Numbered from the whole stretch's first letter, positions 10,080 to 22,066 are shown. The stretch is 62,766 nucleotides of DNA, filler included, from Klebsormidium nitens (GCA_000708835.1; 7 parts of 7 records of this genome joined end to end with filler, not necessarily neighbours in it), one strand, 5' to 3'. Translations and numbers: made by a program. The notes: a model not told the origin generated them from the letters alone.

Positions 10080-12973
10080 TGACAGGGTTGCCCTGGATAT
10101 GAAGTCCGACTACGGATGTACGGAAGTCCGACGGTCTAACGACAGATATTGAGAATACCTGATCCCTATACTTCGCTATAGGGACGAGGAAGAAGGGGCT
10201 CGATGGCAAGCTGTGGAGGATAGTCAGGGTGCACTCGGCATCCGGTAAACTCTCTAAACGGTGGCAGCGGGTGCCCAAATCAAAGTAAAGCACCCCTTGC
10301 GTAGGCAGTCGATGAACCACACATCTGGAATTCAAGCCGGTAACCACACATCGTCCAGTCCGCTGACTACGGATACCACACGTATTCGTCGGACTTCCCC
10401 GGTTGGCACCAGCCAATAAACTTTTCATGACATTCGAGATGGGTGAACCGTGAACTCACCCGATATGAGGGAACAATTCTCCCAACTTGAAACCTGTCGA
10501 AGCCAGACACAGGACACATTTAAAAGATCTATGAAGCACTGAATCTGTTCACCATTTTCGCAATATCCTAATTTTCTCCCATAGTCTTTATCTACGAAAG
10601 CTTCTCTCAGTCGACCGAGGGTTGTGATGGCTTCGCTTTCGACTTTTGGTGAGAGTCGCAGAGAAGGCGCAGTAAACGGGCAATAGCCGTTCGCTAGTGT
10701 TCGTTGTCTCGCTGCATTCTTTCGGAGAGCTGTAAATTGAGCTGAGATGTATAGTGCACAGAGGATGTTGGAGAGTCTCTTGGTGATTCGAAGCAATAAA
10801 GAGGCTGCTGATGTGCGGCATGCACTGAATCTGCCACTCTGGGTTCGCTTTATCCAAGGTGTCATGGAGCTTTCAGGGCACATCGACACTACCTGAAGAG
10901 CGAGTTGGATCAACGGTGAGATCCCGCCCAACGAGTTCAACGAATTGATGCATCTAGTGCATTCGTTGGCTTTTTGCTTCCATACAAGGTGCTGCTCTGC
11001 GTCCTCTAGTCTCCACGATAATAAGACGTGTCGATCAGAGCGATACGCTCGAAACACATATCGGGAAAGATCTGCGGAAGCAAGTCTTTCAACGAGCACT
11101 GAATGTTGAGGGAAACGATATATTATCCGTGCCCACTCGGAGTCCGTGCATGCGAGTTCCATATCTCTTTCGTGTGATGCTGTTATTTTCAAATGAGGAA
11201 GCGAACGCGACCCATCGGAGGTATGTAGCAGCTGTTCATTTGGAGCATGCGCTCTCTATATCGAACGCTCCTTCTGTGATTGCCGGCAGGTGTCGAGGAT
11301 CTTCAGCCACCGTTTCTGACAACATACGGCGGAATCGCATGTCGAGTCTCGTCCTCGTCCGTCCCATGAGCGGTACAGGCTGCCTCCCAAATCCTCACAT
11401 AGCGCTAGTGGACGATCGTTTGAACGTGTATCTTCTTCTGGAACGATACTCTTCCAATCGACCGCTCCCAAAGGAGCTGCCGCGTCGACTTTAAACCGGA
11501 TCTGAATCTGACGTTTCGGATGATCGGGACCGAACGAACTGCCCTCCAAGGGGACCACTTTGACTGTGAGGTCCAAGGCGTCTACTTTCCCAGCACTGAA
11601 ACAAGTCTCCACGATCATCTCCATCAGACATCGGCGGAGTTTTATCGCATCTCCGTACACCTTCGTTGGAACGTCGTCTGTCGTATTCCAGGTTGCGCAG
11701 TGTATGAGGTCCGGTCTTGATTGACTCAAAGCGAGGCGGAAATTCTCGATGGGGTCGAACTCGTACTCGTCGATAGACATCCGTCCGGTCTCAGCGACTT
11801 CGACTTCGATGATATCGTCTAACCTAGGGACGAGGCTTTATATGCTCTCCCGGTCATTCGGAAGATGTCTTTCCCCTGAAGCGCTCAAGGCTGCTAGCGG
11901 TGCTCGCACCTCTTCTTTTATGCGGCGTATGAAACTGAGTTTATGACGCCCAGTGTCTTCTGCGTTGTCCATAGCAGATGCCGACTCACGGGTGCGGTAG
12001 TGAAGATGTGCCTGAAACTGCTTGTTCAAAGTCGCGGCCGTAAAGTTCGTGGCATCCTGTTCGCAGACTAAAGCTGCCATGCATAGACTCGCAGTGCTCA
12101 CCACGCATATGAAGCTCTGTTCGAGCACGAGCCAAAAGAAAGGAGAGTGAAGATTGCCACTGAACGGACCCTTCCCGTTAGAACTTCCTATGATCACCAA
12201 GCTCACTGCCAGCAGGATCGCTACAGAGACGCCGTGTATGTCCATGATGGTGGAGGCGACGAGGAGAACTAGCCCGAATGCAGGAAAGAGGAGGGGTCGG
12301 AGTTGTTCGCTCTCGACCAACCCCCATCCATTCAGAAAGACGAAAGATTATACGATGAGGATAGCCAGGTACACCGCACTCAATGAGACGATCCGACGTC
12401 TATCCAGCCCAGTCCAAGGTTGAGTCAGCGCCGGTACTAAAGCGCACGTGGCACCGAGACGTCCTAAGAATTGCGCCGCACCATAGAGCCCTATTTGCTT
12501 TGCGTTGCTGATGTGGACCGCGACGAGGATGATATCGATGCTGTATTCTGAGATCAGAGGGGCAATGGGCATTGCCGCAAAGAATGCGAATGCACTGTTT
12601 CTAGTGTCGAACCAGTTCTTCGTGCGGCCACTCAGCAGGTGGACCAATGCACAGGATATGGTCGCTTCCAAGCAACTGATGAGGGCGAATACGGGAGCGA
12701 TTGCCAAGAATTTGGCATGGTGATATCGTCTCGATGTATAATACATGACGACCAAATGCATGAAGGATCCCACGAAGACACCTCCTGCAACTTGCACACG
12801 GCCAAAACGGAGTGCCGCTGCGAGTCCGATCGCAGATGGAGCCCACACGGGGACGGAGTGTGTGTCTTTTTGAACGAGAACTACTTAGTTGTGCCAGACC
12901 GAAGTAAGCTATCAGAAACCGATAAAGTCTGCAGCCAGTTGGCAGGTTTCTTCCACGACGACGGCTGATGCAT
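10080..12973 (-). pseudogene. Decayed intronless MASE1-type hybrid histidine kinase (membrane sensor, HisKA, HATPase-like, receiver)
   Basis: PVWAPSAIGLAA and a multi-TM region, then GPF...LEQSF, KLSFIRRIKEEVRAPL (H-box without His), VYGDAIKLRRCL, and receiver-like PDVWFIDC...SDFISR. Several in-frame stops and frameshifts. Confidence 0.7.
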
Positions 12974-13138
12974 GAATGGTCATACTACGGGACCACGAAA
13001 ATATATGGTAATCCGATATGTGTGCGTGGTACGATTTTTGTTTAGTTTGTGTTGTATCTGCGGTTCTAAGCCTTTACTGCGGCGAATTTTACTACAAATA
13101 ATGATATAGCTAAGTGACAAGTTACGAAATGGAGTACG
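12967..13138. repeat. 172-bp direct repeat, copy 1 (leader of the kinase gene on the minus strand)
   Basis: Highly similar to 13820-13990; the minus strand ends in ...accattcATGCATCA. Confidence 0.9.
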
Positions 13139-13326
13139 TATTGCGAACATCATATCTCCGGCATGATGTTCGCAATTCCGTTCGTGCCCGCAATGCGAGA
13201 GCGTTCGAAGGCGCAGCCGGAGAAACGGCAAAATCCTCAGATAAGGAAGGCGACCCGCAGGAAGCCGATTCTCCAGGTGTCGACGATTGTGAGGGCACGC
13301 TGAATCCGAGGGTGACCGTCAAATGA

Positions 13327-13662
13327 CTATTTCTTCTTTCGCATGAGAGCCATGATGTTTTTGATCAGGCCTGTGACGATCGACCCCCACACGACCAAGA
13401 GAACAACGGCACCTATGAGTAGCCCATAAGCCTCCCTGTCACCGATCCACTCCTTGATAAGGAAGTAGAGTAGTGCAGAGACGCAACACGATTCGACAAA
13501 GTACCCCAATATGAACAACACCTGAGTAGTCGTCGTCGACCCAGTTGTCGGAATTATGATTGGCGCGATAAATTGCAAGACACCTAATTGCGCATCCATT
13601 TTATCATCTTGATAAGATGTAATAGTTGCAGCAGCCGAAGAATTTGTACATGTCATGTGCAT
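13327..13662 (-). CDS. Small hypothetical membrane protein (111 aa, 2-3 TM)
   Basis: ATG-started ORF with hydrophobic segments VLFILGYFVESCCVSALLYFLI and GLLIGAVVLLVVWGSIVTGLI, and a basic tail. Confidence 0.45.
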   Translation of the reverse strand: MHMTCTNSSAAATITSYQDDKMDAQLGVLQFIAPIIIPTTGSTTTTQVLFILGYFVESCCVSALLYFLIKEWIGDREAYGLLIGAVVLLVVWGSIVTGLIKNIMALMRKKK

Positions 13663-13819
13663 AGCAAAAAAATCTGCTTATCCGTAAGGGAAACCGTAGC
13701 TCTTGTCTTTCCGCGCACCGACGGATGCGGTCTGCACATCTGAAAAAAATATCCGTATGAGTTCAAGATCCGTCTCCACTCTCACGGCCGTCGATCTCTT
13801 CACGGGCATCTCGGGGTGT

Positions 13820-13990
13820 GATGCATGAATGGTCATACTGCGAGCCACGAAAATATATGGCAATCCGACATGTGTGCGTGGTACGTTTTTTGTCTAGTTT
13901 GTGTTGTATTTGCGGTTCTAGGCCTTTACGGCGGCGAATTTTACTACAAATAACAATATAGCTAAGTGACAAGTTACGAAATGGAGTACG
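13820..13990. repeat. 171-bp direct repeat, copy 2
   Basis: Aligns end to end with 12967-13138. Confidence 0.9.
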
Positions 13991-15036
13991 ACTATCCATA
14001 CGAACATGACACCTCGGATCCTGATGAGCATCACTACGAGAAGCGTTTGAACAGCTTCGACGCCGAATGCGGGTTCTTTTGCGCGACAGCCCGAGTGAGA
14101 TGAAGCAAGCTGTGACCAGTATTGGTGAACTAGAGAACCACCTAGATAGAATCACTTTGTGGCAATAGGCACTTTTCATAACGGAAGCGCTTGCGTTGAT
14201 ATAGGGGAATTGATCGATCAGCAAGTGAGCAATAAGTGCAGTCATGGAAGCCCACCAGGTTACTGATATGTACAACAAGGTCACTAGCAGTGCAATCTAT
14301 TGCTTGCACAACCTGCCCAAGCGCACGCACGTTCATTACGAACATAACTTAACGCGCAGTGAAATGTAAAATCGTGTACACGGCGTTCGCTCCCATCAAC
14401 TGCAACATCGTTGCTCCCTTGTCACATAAAATATGTAATCTCCTTGGCATCCCACGGAATAGATACGGCGTCATTTCAAATACATTTACGACACTAAAGC
14501 TATTGATCATAGATATCGACTCCAATATAAAAGATGGAGTGCACGTCAAGGATCCGCGCTTTCTGGATAAAAGAGAGAAGGAACTCCTCAAATACCTGNN
14601 NNNNNNNNNNNNNNNNNNNNNNNNNNNNNNNNNNNNNNNNNNTTAATTAATTAANNNNNNNNNNNNNNNNNNNNNNNNNNNNNNNNNNNNNNNNNNNNTA
14701 ACTAATCAGTCTTTGGGGAAGAAGGCAAGAAGACGCAATTTTTCTGAGAGGCGCTCTTGCTGAGGTGATCCCAAGGCGTGCTGAGAAGCTTTGCATGGTT
14801 TCCGCACATGTGAAGCAGACAGGCAGCGTGTGAACCCTGTCCAACCGTCACAACAAAGCCGTTAGCGCATTAGTCTTTCGCAGCTGGCAGTCTCGATTCG
14901 ATTTGCATCGTTTGTGCATTTGCCTCCTTGGATTGCTGTCGGACGCCATCGGTTCCTCGCTTTGCTGTGTTGTGGAAGGCAAGGAGCTGGTATATACTCA
15001 TGTTTTTCGAGGTCCTCATATCGTCTCCTTGTGTAG

Positions 15037-16513
15037 GGGCTGGAGTACCCGACTCCGCGCATCGATGGCTTCATGAGCGACATCTTCAACCATGACTCAG
15101 AGCTGACAAACTACGTGCGCAAACTGTATGGCTACGCTCTTAACGGCCATACCCGAGAGGAGATCTTCGTGCTTTTGCTTGGAGCTGGAGGTGAGGTCCA
15201 AGTCGTGTGCTTTTCGAGGTCCCAACATGTTTTGCAGGTTGAAAAGCGAGATGACTGTCTCTGTAAGATCCTCATCCATCTTGTTTGTCTGAAAAGGCGA
15301 CCCCGCCAAGACTCTCTACAATTTGATTCCGACTCTCAACTCTCTCGACTTCGGTGGCTGATTTTGCTGTTTTCGAACCTGCCAAGTGTGCCAGGTGCGG
15401 ACACGCAAAAGACCGATCGAGTCACTTGAGTCTTTTTGTGTCGCATTCTGACCGACTGGCCACATGCTTTACTGGTCTGAGCCACCTGCTTAGAATTGCA
15501 CAAAACAATTGGACTCCTTTTTGCCTCTGAAATCCGGAAATGCATCTCGTTTTTAGCATGAGGTGCGGCCGTTACCGTGGGGGCCAGATTTGGTCGGCTA
15601 GGACCCCAAGAGCGCACCTTGAGGCTCGCTCGTAGTTGAAGAGTCTGTCCTTTTTTGCCGCATTTCGTCTTGACTTTCCACATTTCCTTGTGCAGGAAAT
15701 GGGAAGGGGGTCTTGAAGGAGATGCTGCAGGCCGCGACCGGTGGTTACTATGGCACCATGTCGAAGGACGCGGTGGTTACAGCTCCCGGCCAGAAGCCCT
15801 CCTCGAAGAACGCCCCTACCAACTACATCTACGACTTGATGGGCGTGCGGCTCGCTGTCACTGATGAGACGGCAGAGGGCGAGCGGGTGGATTTGGGGCT
15901 TGTCCTAGCGATGACCGGGGGCCCGGGCACGACAAAGGCGCGCTGTCTCTATACAAACCCGGTCGACTTCACCATCACCCACACACCCTTCGTTCAGACG
16001 AATTACCCTCCCGCAATGGCTGCAACGGCGATCAAGGAAAATGTTGCGCGCCGCCTGCGAGTGATCCCGTTCCCCAACAGCTATGTGGGCGCGGACACCT
16101 TCAATCCCTCCAATGCAACCCACCGCCTCAGAGATGACGGGTTGAAAGATCGCATGAAGGAGGAAGAGTCCCTTCGACAAGTGCTTTCGTGGATAGCCCG
16201 CGGTTCGGTCGAGTGGTACTCCAGTGCGAACGGACTTGGGCCTCCTCCCAAGGCGGTGAAGGACGCGACGCGTGAGTACGTGGGCGAGGCGGACAAGCTG
16301 CAGAAATTTCTCGACCATCATTGCGAGGTTGGAGAAGGGTTTTCGACTTTGCAGATCGAATTTGCCACCCTCTATCGCGAGTTTTCCTCGGAAAGATTTT
16401 CCAATGAAGAATTGGCGAGGAGGATGGAAAAGAAGGGGTTCAAGAGGCTTAAGAACAACGAGTCGCCGCGACAGCTCTACTATCCGAAGATCAAGTGCGA
16501 GTATGTAATTTGA
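15037..16513 (+). CDS. D5-like (SF3) primase-helicase, C-terminal part; intron 15191-15695; 5' part unresolved near gap
   Basis: Exon GLEYPTPRIDGFMSDIF..DSELTNYVRKLYGYALNGHTREEIFVLLLGAG plus g|GTGAGG...TGCAG|ga gives the P-loop GAGGNGKG. This is followed by RLAVTDET, QTNYPP, RRLRVIPF and a winged-helix-like tail. Confidence 0.85.
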
Positions 16514-16920
16514 TAGGTTTTTGAGGCTTGCACAACGCGCTAGACAAATTGAATCAAGGTGGTTGTCAAATGCAATCGGGGCGCTCGTTGCGTATGTATT
16601 CTAGTTTGGTATGACTTGTAAATAATTGTACAATTGATTCGCGTACATACGGCTTTCAATGATGAGATTATTGTTTATGAGTTCCAAAAGCCTCATGTTG
16701 GTTTAGTACGTTGTTGTTGAAGAGAATGGTCTGCCATTGTGAAAAGAGTTCATTAAAGGTTTGCAGCATACATAGTGTCTAAGCGCAACGGCACATGAAT
16801 TCTACAACTTTCAAGATAACGTCAGCATTTCACGGCCACAAAAATAAAGTATCTACCATGGATATTTGTTTAAGGCGTCTACCGATGTGGGCCGGACTGT
16901 CCATCCAATCAACGCGTTTT

Positions 16921-17337
16921 AACTACAGTGGCTGGATGACGTCATCAATACGCGACCAGAAATATTTGAGCTAAAGCTTGGACAGCTTGGACTCGCCCTG
17001 ACTCAATCCATGCGCGGTTAAGTACAGTGGATTGATGACGTCATCAATACGCGACCAGAAATATTTGAGCTAAAGCTTGGACAGCTTGGACTCGCCCTGA
17101 CTCAATCCATGCGCGGTTAACTACAGTGGCTTGATGACGTCGTCAATTCGAGACCAGAAATATTTTAACTAAAGCTTGGACAGCTTGGACTGGTCCTGAC
17201 ACAATCAATGCGGTTAATTACAATGGCATGATGAGGTCAGCATTTTCGCGATCAGAAATATTTGAACTAAAGCTTGGACAGCTTGGACTGGTCCTAACAC
17301 AATGAATGCGGTCAACTACAGTGGCCTGATGACGTCA
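16921..17337. repeat. Tandem array, about 4.3 copies of a 97-99 bp unit
   Basis: Units start at 16921, 17020, 17119, 17216 and 17314. The consensus carries TGACGTCA, AAATATTT and AAGCTT palindromes. Confidence 0.9.
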
Positions 17338-17354
17338 AACACTTAGACAGGTTG

Positions 17355-17825
17355 TCAAGCTACATGGGCCGGGCTGGTACACTTTTCAAGCTTTGCCTGT
17401 ATTAAGCTTGCAATCTCATCCGCTTTGATATTAGCTCCATCAATCAACAAGTAGCTCGCTGCGTGCCTCAATAATGTTTCGACTTTAAGTACGCTGAATA
17501 TTGCATCTTCAACAATAAGCGTGTAACTTTGATAATGCTCCGCCGGTTTAATCAACATGCACATGAGCTTTTCATGAAGATTGCCTAACGTAAAATTGGT
17601 CGCATCTGCTTGCATGTCGACTATTTTGCGAATGAGAAGGCCTAGTTCAATACCAATAATATCCGTGCTTTGCAACGAGAGCCCGATTTGTAGAACAAAT
17701 GGATAGTACTTCACCCCGGTGCCGTTTGATAGGCTCTCGCATCGAGACAAGTCAAATTTCTTATCAAATAGGGTGTCATCATTGGACTCAGAGATGATCA
17801 TTCCCATTGTTGGCAATCGGGGCAC
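17355..17825 (-). CDS. Hypothetical protein (about 150 aa)
   Basis: Intact ORF (ATG 17807) with globular composition, located among virus-like genes. No motif recognised. Confidence 0.5.
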   Translation of the reverse strand: MPRLPTMGMIISESNDDTLFDKKFDLSRCESLSNGTGVKYYPFVLQIGLSLQSTDIIGIELGLLIRKIVDMQADATNFTLGNLHEKLMCMLIKPAEHYQSYTLIVEDAIFSVLKVETLLRHAASYLLIDGANIKADEIASLIQAKLEKCTSPAHVA

Positions 17826-18016
17826 TACCTCTGCATATACTTACGTCAACAAAAATAGGGCTGACCGAATACGTTTTTTAACGGTGAGCATAGTCTGCTT
17901 TTTGAAATGTGACCCCGGAATCACAACGTGTATCATGTTGCTTTCCGAATCTTTGGATTAGCTTTCTTAGACGGCGTATTACTCTTATTAGATTCTTTCA
18001 CTGACTTTGACGGCCC

Positions 18017-18514
18017 TTAAGTCTTGTGGTTAGGTCCTGCGTCAACTTGTGACTCGTCATCTGATGACTCCTCTGTATCAGAGCAATGTTTGCTAGTGGT
18101 TTTTGATGATAGCGGTTTATGTTTCCTTGTGCTACAAGAAGTCCATTTCGACATCGTGTCGACGCAGAATTTTCTTGTCTTTGTTCGGTAGGTCCCGGCG
18201 AAAGCAATACCCGTTGGTTGTTCGGCCTTCTTCAAGGTCTCGATGTTGATCTGATATGCAAATACTTTTCCTTTGGATCCACGAGTAGTTTCTGCTTGTA
18301 GAACGTAGTACACCAAAGGTGGTCGGCATGTCTTAGTTGCTTCCAACTTCAAGCTCCGATACAAGGCGGAACCGATTCTGGCGCCTGCTTGAAGAGGGCG
18401 ACCACTTTCACACTTGATTTGGAGCCGGCTGCTCCGAACTTTGTCGGTCAAGTCCACCTTACAACTACCATCAAAAGCTGCTTGTACTCGGAACGACCTG
18501 ATTGTCGGCGTCAT
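18017..18514 (-). CDS. Hypothetical basic protein (165 aa)
   Basis: ATG-started intact ORF with an acidic tail (DTEESSDDES). No motif recognised. Confidence 0.5.
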   Translation of the reverse strand: MTPTIRSFRVQAAFDGSCKVDLTDKVRSSRLQIKCESGRPLQAGARIGSALYRSLKLEATKTCRPPLVYYVLQAETTRGSKGKVFAYQINIETLKKAEQPTGIAFAGTYRTKTRKFCVDTMSKWTSCSTRKHKPLSSKTTSKHCSDTEESSDDESQVDAGPNHKT

Positions 18515-18986
18515 GGTGTATCATATGTTACTACCACAACAAAAAGATTTTGCTATCGGTTGTGTGTATTGCATGAGTAGCTTTTCATGTTTCCAATTTC
18601 AGACGGGCCGAGTGCTCTGATATAAACGTGCAATAGATCCACTCAGCTGTCAAAGAACTGCCCCCCCTCTTGAAAGTGGCGCTTCACACGCGTTTGCTGT
18701 AGATGGTAAATCGACCGTTATATATTTCTGTCTGACTACGATTTGTTTTCTGCTACAGGCTTAGCTACTGAATTCTGACAACGCTCTTTTAAGTAATTAC
18801 TTATCAGTTTGAGAAAAGTGCACTTTTCTCAACATTTTGCCTCTGCCGATAGCATTGATCAAGACGTAAACCTCGTACTACTTTTTCTTGTCATAATTTC
18901 TTGACAGAGAGGTTTGATATAAATGGAGTTGCTATGTCTGGTTGTGTGAAATTTATTGTCAAATTTCTACTATAGTAGCTATAACT

Positions 18987-19809
18987 ATGGATGCTCTGCG
19001 CAGTTTGTTCACTGACAAAATTCGTTCTCAGGCATCCGTGGATCAATATATAAGGGGCATTGCCCTCGTCGACGAATTGTGCCATAATCGTCCACTTCCT
19101 AGCACGCTCGACCTGACGTTCCTTGAATCAGATGCACCAGCCTTCACTCAACTCGTGCATGAGAGATACGACAACAATGGCTCCCGAAGGACACGTCTGG
19201 CCCCTTTCCTTGCAGCTTGTAAGAAGCTTGAGTACTCGGAGGCTTATCAAACGTACTTTCGGCCGTTCAAACAGGACAATAAGCCGTTAAAGGAACTTCG
19301 TGAGAAGCAAGCGGTCGAAAATGCGGATGATTCGACGAAGGTTTCATGAAATGTCCCGAGAAGATGTTGAACATTTTGGTGCTGAGCTGGCCCGAAGGGT
19401 TCGATCGCTGGATGCAGACGGCCTTGATAGAAAAGATGTGAAGACCATCATGATTCATGTGCTGGTCGAGTGGCACCTTCTAATGAAGCCAAACGTGAGG
19501 CGTGGTCTTAAATTGTATCATCTACCCATTCTCTTTAAAAACGAGAGGGAGGTGCATAATGATAACATCGACGCCCTTATCCAGATTAGCCGATCGAAAC
19601 AGATATTTCAACTAAGAAAGCAAGGGGAGGTGTATGAGCTTCCCAAGATGTTTTGTAAGTATCTCGCTAGAACGTTGGAGCTTATCCCTCGTGGGTATCT
19701 CATAGCATCGGTGTCGGACCCGCTGACACCAATGAGTGGAAGCAACTTTAGCAACTTCTGTGGAAAGCTAAGCTTCGATAACAAGATACTCAACCTCGAA
19801 CGCATATGA
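18987..19809 (+). pseudogene. Decayed tyrosine-recombinase-like paralog
   Basis: The N-terminal SQASVDQYIRGI helical region and P.GYLI...TPMSGSNFS parallel the ORFs at 19885 and 46855. Frameshift near 19330-19349. Confidence 0.55.
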
Positions 19810-19884
19810 GCAACACTCGCTTTTTCGTTGAGAAATAATTTCCACTGATAAGTCAAGCTTAAGTGAGCCGGCTGCTAGCTACCA

Positions 19885-20998
19885 ATGTCCACAAGAGTTA
19901 TCCACACTTTGCCACACAATCGACGTAAAGCATTGCTGCTAGAGTTACCAAACCTAAGGAGTATGCTCAAGATTAAGGCAGGCCGAGATGGTTCAAGTCC
20001 AACATCAAGAACTGAATCCACCGTTAACGTGTATCTCCGCCAGATTCGCAACATATACACTATCCTCAATCCCAACAAGCAATTGAATGATTCCATGTCC
20101 ATTGATTGGATTGGCACTCACGAAACGATAATTGAAGCGATCGAAGGCTTGTTAGATACAAAGGGGGAACCCATCAAACGGCTCACAAAAAGTTGTTATG
20201 CAGCACCTTTCTCGATTCTGGCCCAAAAGATGGGCTTCGATGACGCACACAAAGCATTTAGTGACTATATTGAAGCAAAGAAACCCAGTGAGGATGAACT
20301 CGATCGAACGATGCAGAAAAAATCCCCTAAAGAGATTGAAATGTGGGTTCCGTGGAATCAGATTGTCAATGTAAGAGATGACCTTGATCAAATCATCAAA
20401 CGAACGATCGTTGACAAGTTCAAAAATAGCCGAGCAATGACACGCATTGACAAGGAAATTGTCAATAATTATCTGATATTGAGCCTGTATACGATGCCTC
20501 TCGGGCCTTTAAGAAATGAGTTTGGCAGTTGTCGAATCCTTATGAAGGAAGAAGCCGTGGAGTTCGACCCAAAACCCGGCGACATGAACACATGCATACT
20601 AGCCGAGGACCCTAAGCAATGCCAATTTGTCATAAACAGACATAAAACACTCAACAAGGTTGGTATACGAAAGCTGCAGATCCCTGAGACACTAGTCAAT
20701 GTTATACTACGAAGTTTCAATCTCTTTCCGAGGTACTATTTGGTTATGAAACGGTACTACCTGGGCTTTAAGGATGAACCAATCAACAATTTCACCCCTG
20801 TGTTGAACGACCTTGGGCAGCGGTATTTCAACAAAAATCTCTCTTGCACATTGCTTCGTCATATGTGACGGTTGGCCAGCTGTATGCGAAGAGCTGGCAG
20901 AAGAACTACACACGATCAGCAACCATGTGCGGAAACCATGGAAGCAGGCGTTCTCCAGCGATGGCGCAGCTCAGAAAAATTGTCGTCTTTCTGCTCGA
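19885..20998 (+). CDS. NCLDV/PLV-type tyrosine recombinase (frameshifted after LLRH, runs into gap)
   Basis: LILSLYT..GPLRNEF, FVINRHKTLNKVG...IPETL, FPRYYLV and SCTLLRH. The shifted frame continues EELAEELHT. Confidence 0.7.
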
Positions 20999-21182
20999 NN
21001 NNNNNNNNNNNNNNNNNNNNNNNNNNNNNNNNNNNNNNNNNNTTAATTAATTAANNNNNNNNNNNNNNNNNNNNNNNNNNNNNNNNNNNNNNNNNNNNGA
21101 CAGGAAGGGCCCTGGGGTGAGGGAGGCGGTAACGATTGATTTGGAGGGTCTACCTTAGGAGGGCACAAAACGAGAGCTAGAG

Positions 21183-22066
21183 GTGGCTGAGAGAGCGCTA
21201 CGCACAAATATCAACCTTCGCTCTGGAAACAAAGAGCGGGTCGCGAATTTGCTCCGGAACAGGCTGTGGGGTCTTGAGGTGGTGTTGGGCAAACAGTTGG
21301 TAACCCTCGAGAACGCGAAAGAGGCGTTTAGGGGGGTGCGGTCGGAACAAGCTAGTGTGCACACGGCATTGGAGGGGGCAGAAGGGAAGGCGGAAGAGGA
21401 CGAGCGACGATTGGCTAGTTGGAAGCGATTGGCAGACGCGGTTATTGATACGATGGATGGGAAGAAGGAGCTGGAGGTACGCGACGAGAGTGGACGGACG
21501 AAGCGATTAGTGGGAAAGGAGCTTGAGCTAGCTTTTGAGTGGAATAAGATTGTTGCGGCAGTTGAAGCATTTCAGATACATATCAAAAGACCGGGAGGTT
21601 GGAAGGGAGTGTACCTCTGAAGGAGGTTTTAAAAATGGTGAGAGAGAGTGCGGCGTCGCTCAAGCAACATTCTAACATTGAGATTACTAGGGCGTACGCT
21701 CGTCGTGCCAGGCGCCACGAATCCGAGACGAGGGCTCATGGTGAGGATGAGTCTCGTGCCGCGATGGCGCGAGAGGAGGGCGGACGAGACCTTGGAGGGT
21801 TGGGGCGTGGTGGGGGTGGTGGGGGTGGGGTTGCTGGGAGTGCTGGTGCTCCTGTGGCTCCTGTGGCTGATCCTGTGGCTGCTGGGGTTGGGGCTGGGGT
21901 TGCCGGGGTTGGCGCTGAGGTTGGTGGGGACGCCGGTGGGGACGACGCTGGTGGGACTGCCGCTGAGGTTGCCGCTGGGGTTGCTCCTCGTGCTCGGATG
22001 GTAAGCCACCGTTCGTTCAAAACTCTTTTCTTGGTGGCATGGTTGGCGCTACTTCAAACGCTGTGA
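21183..22066 (+). other. Unassigned coiled-coil and Gly/Ala-rich ORF fragments, probably TE-derived
   Basis: Purine-biased ORFs 21183-21620 and 21599-22066 with no recognisable motif. Confidence 0.2.
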
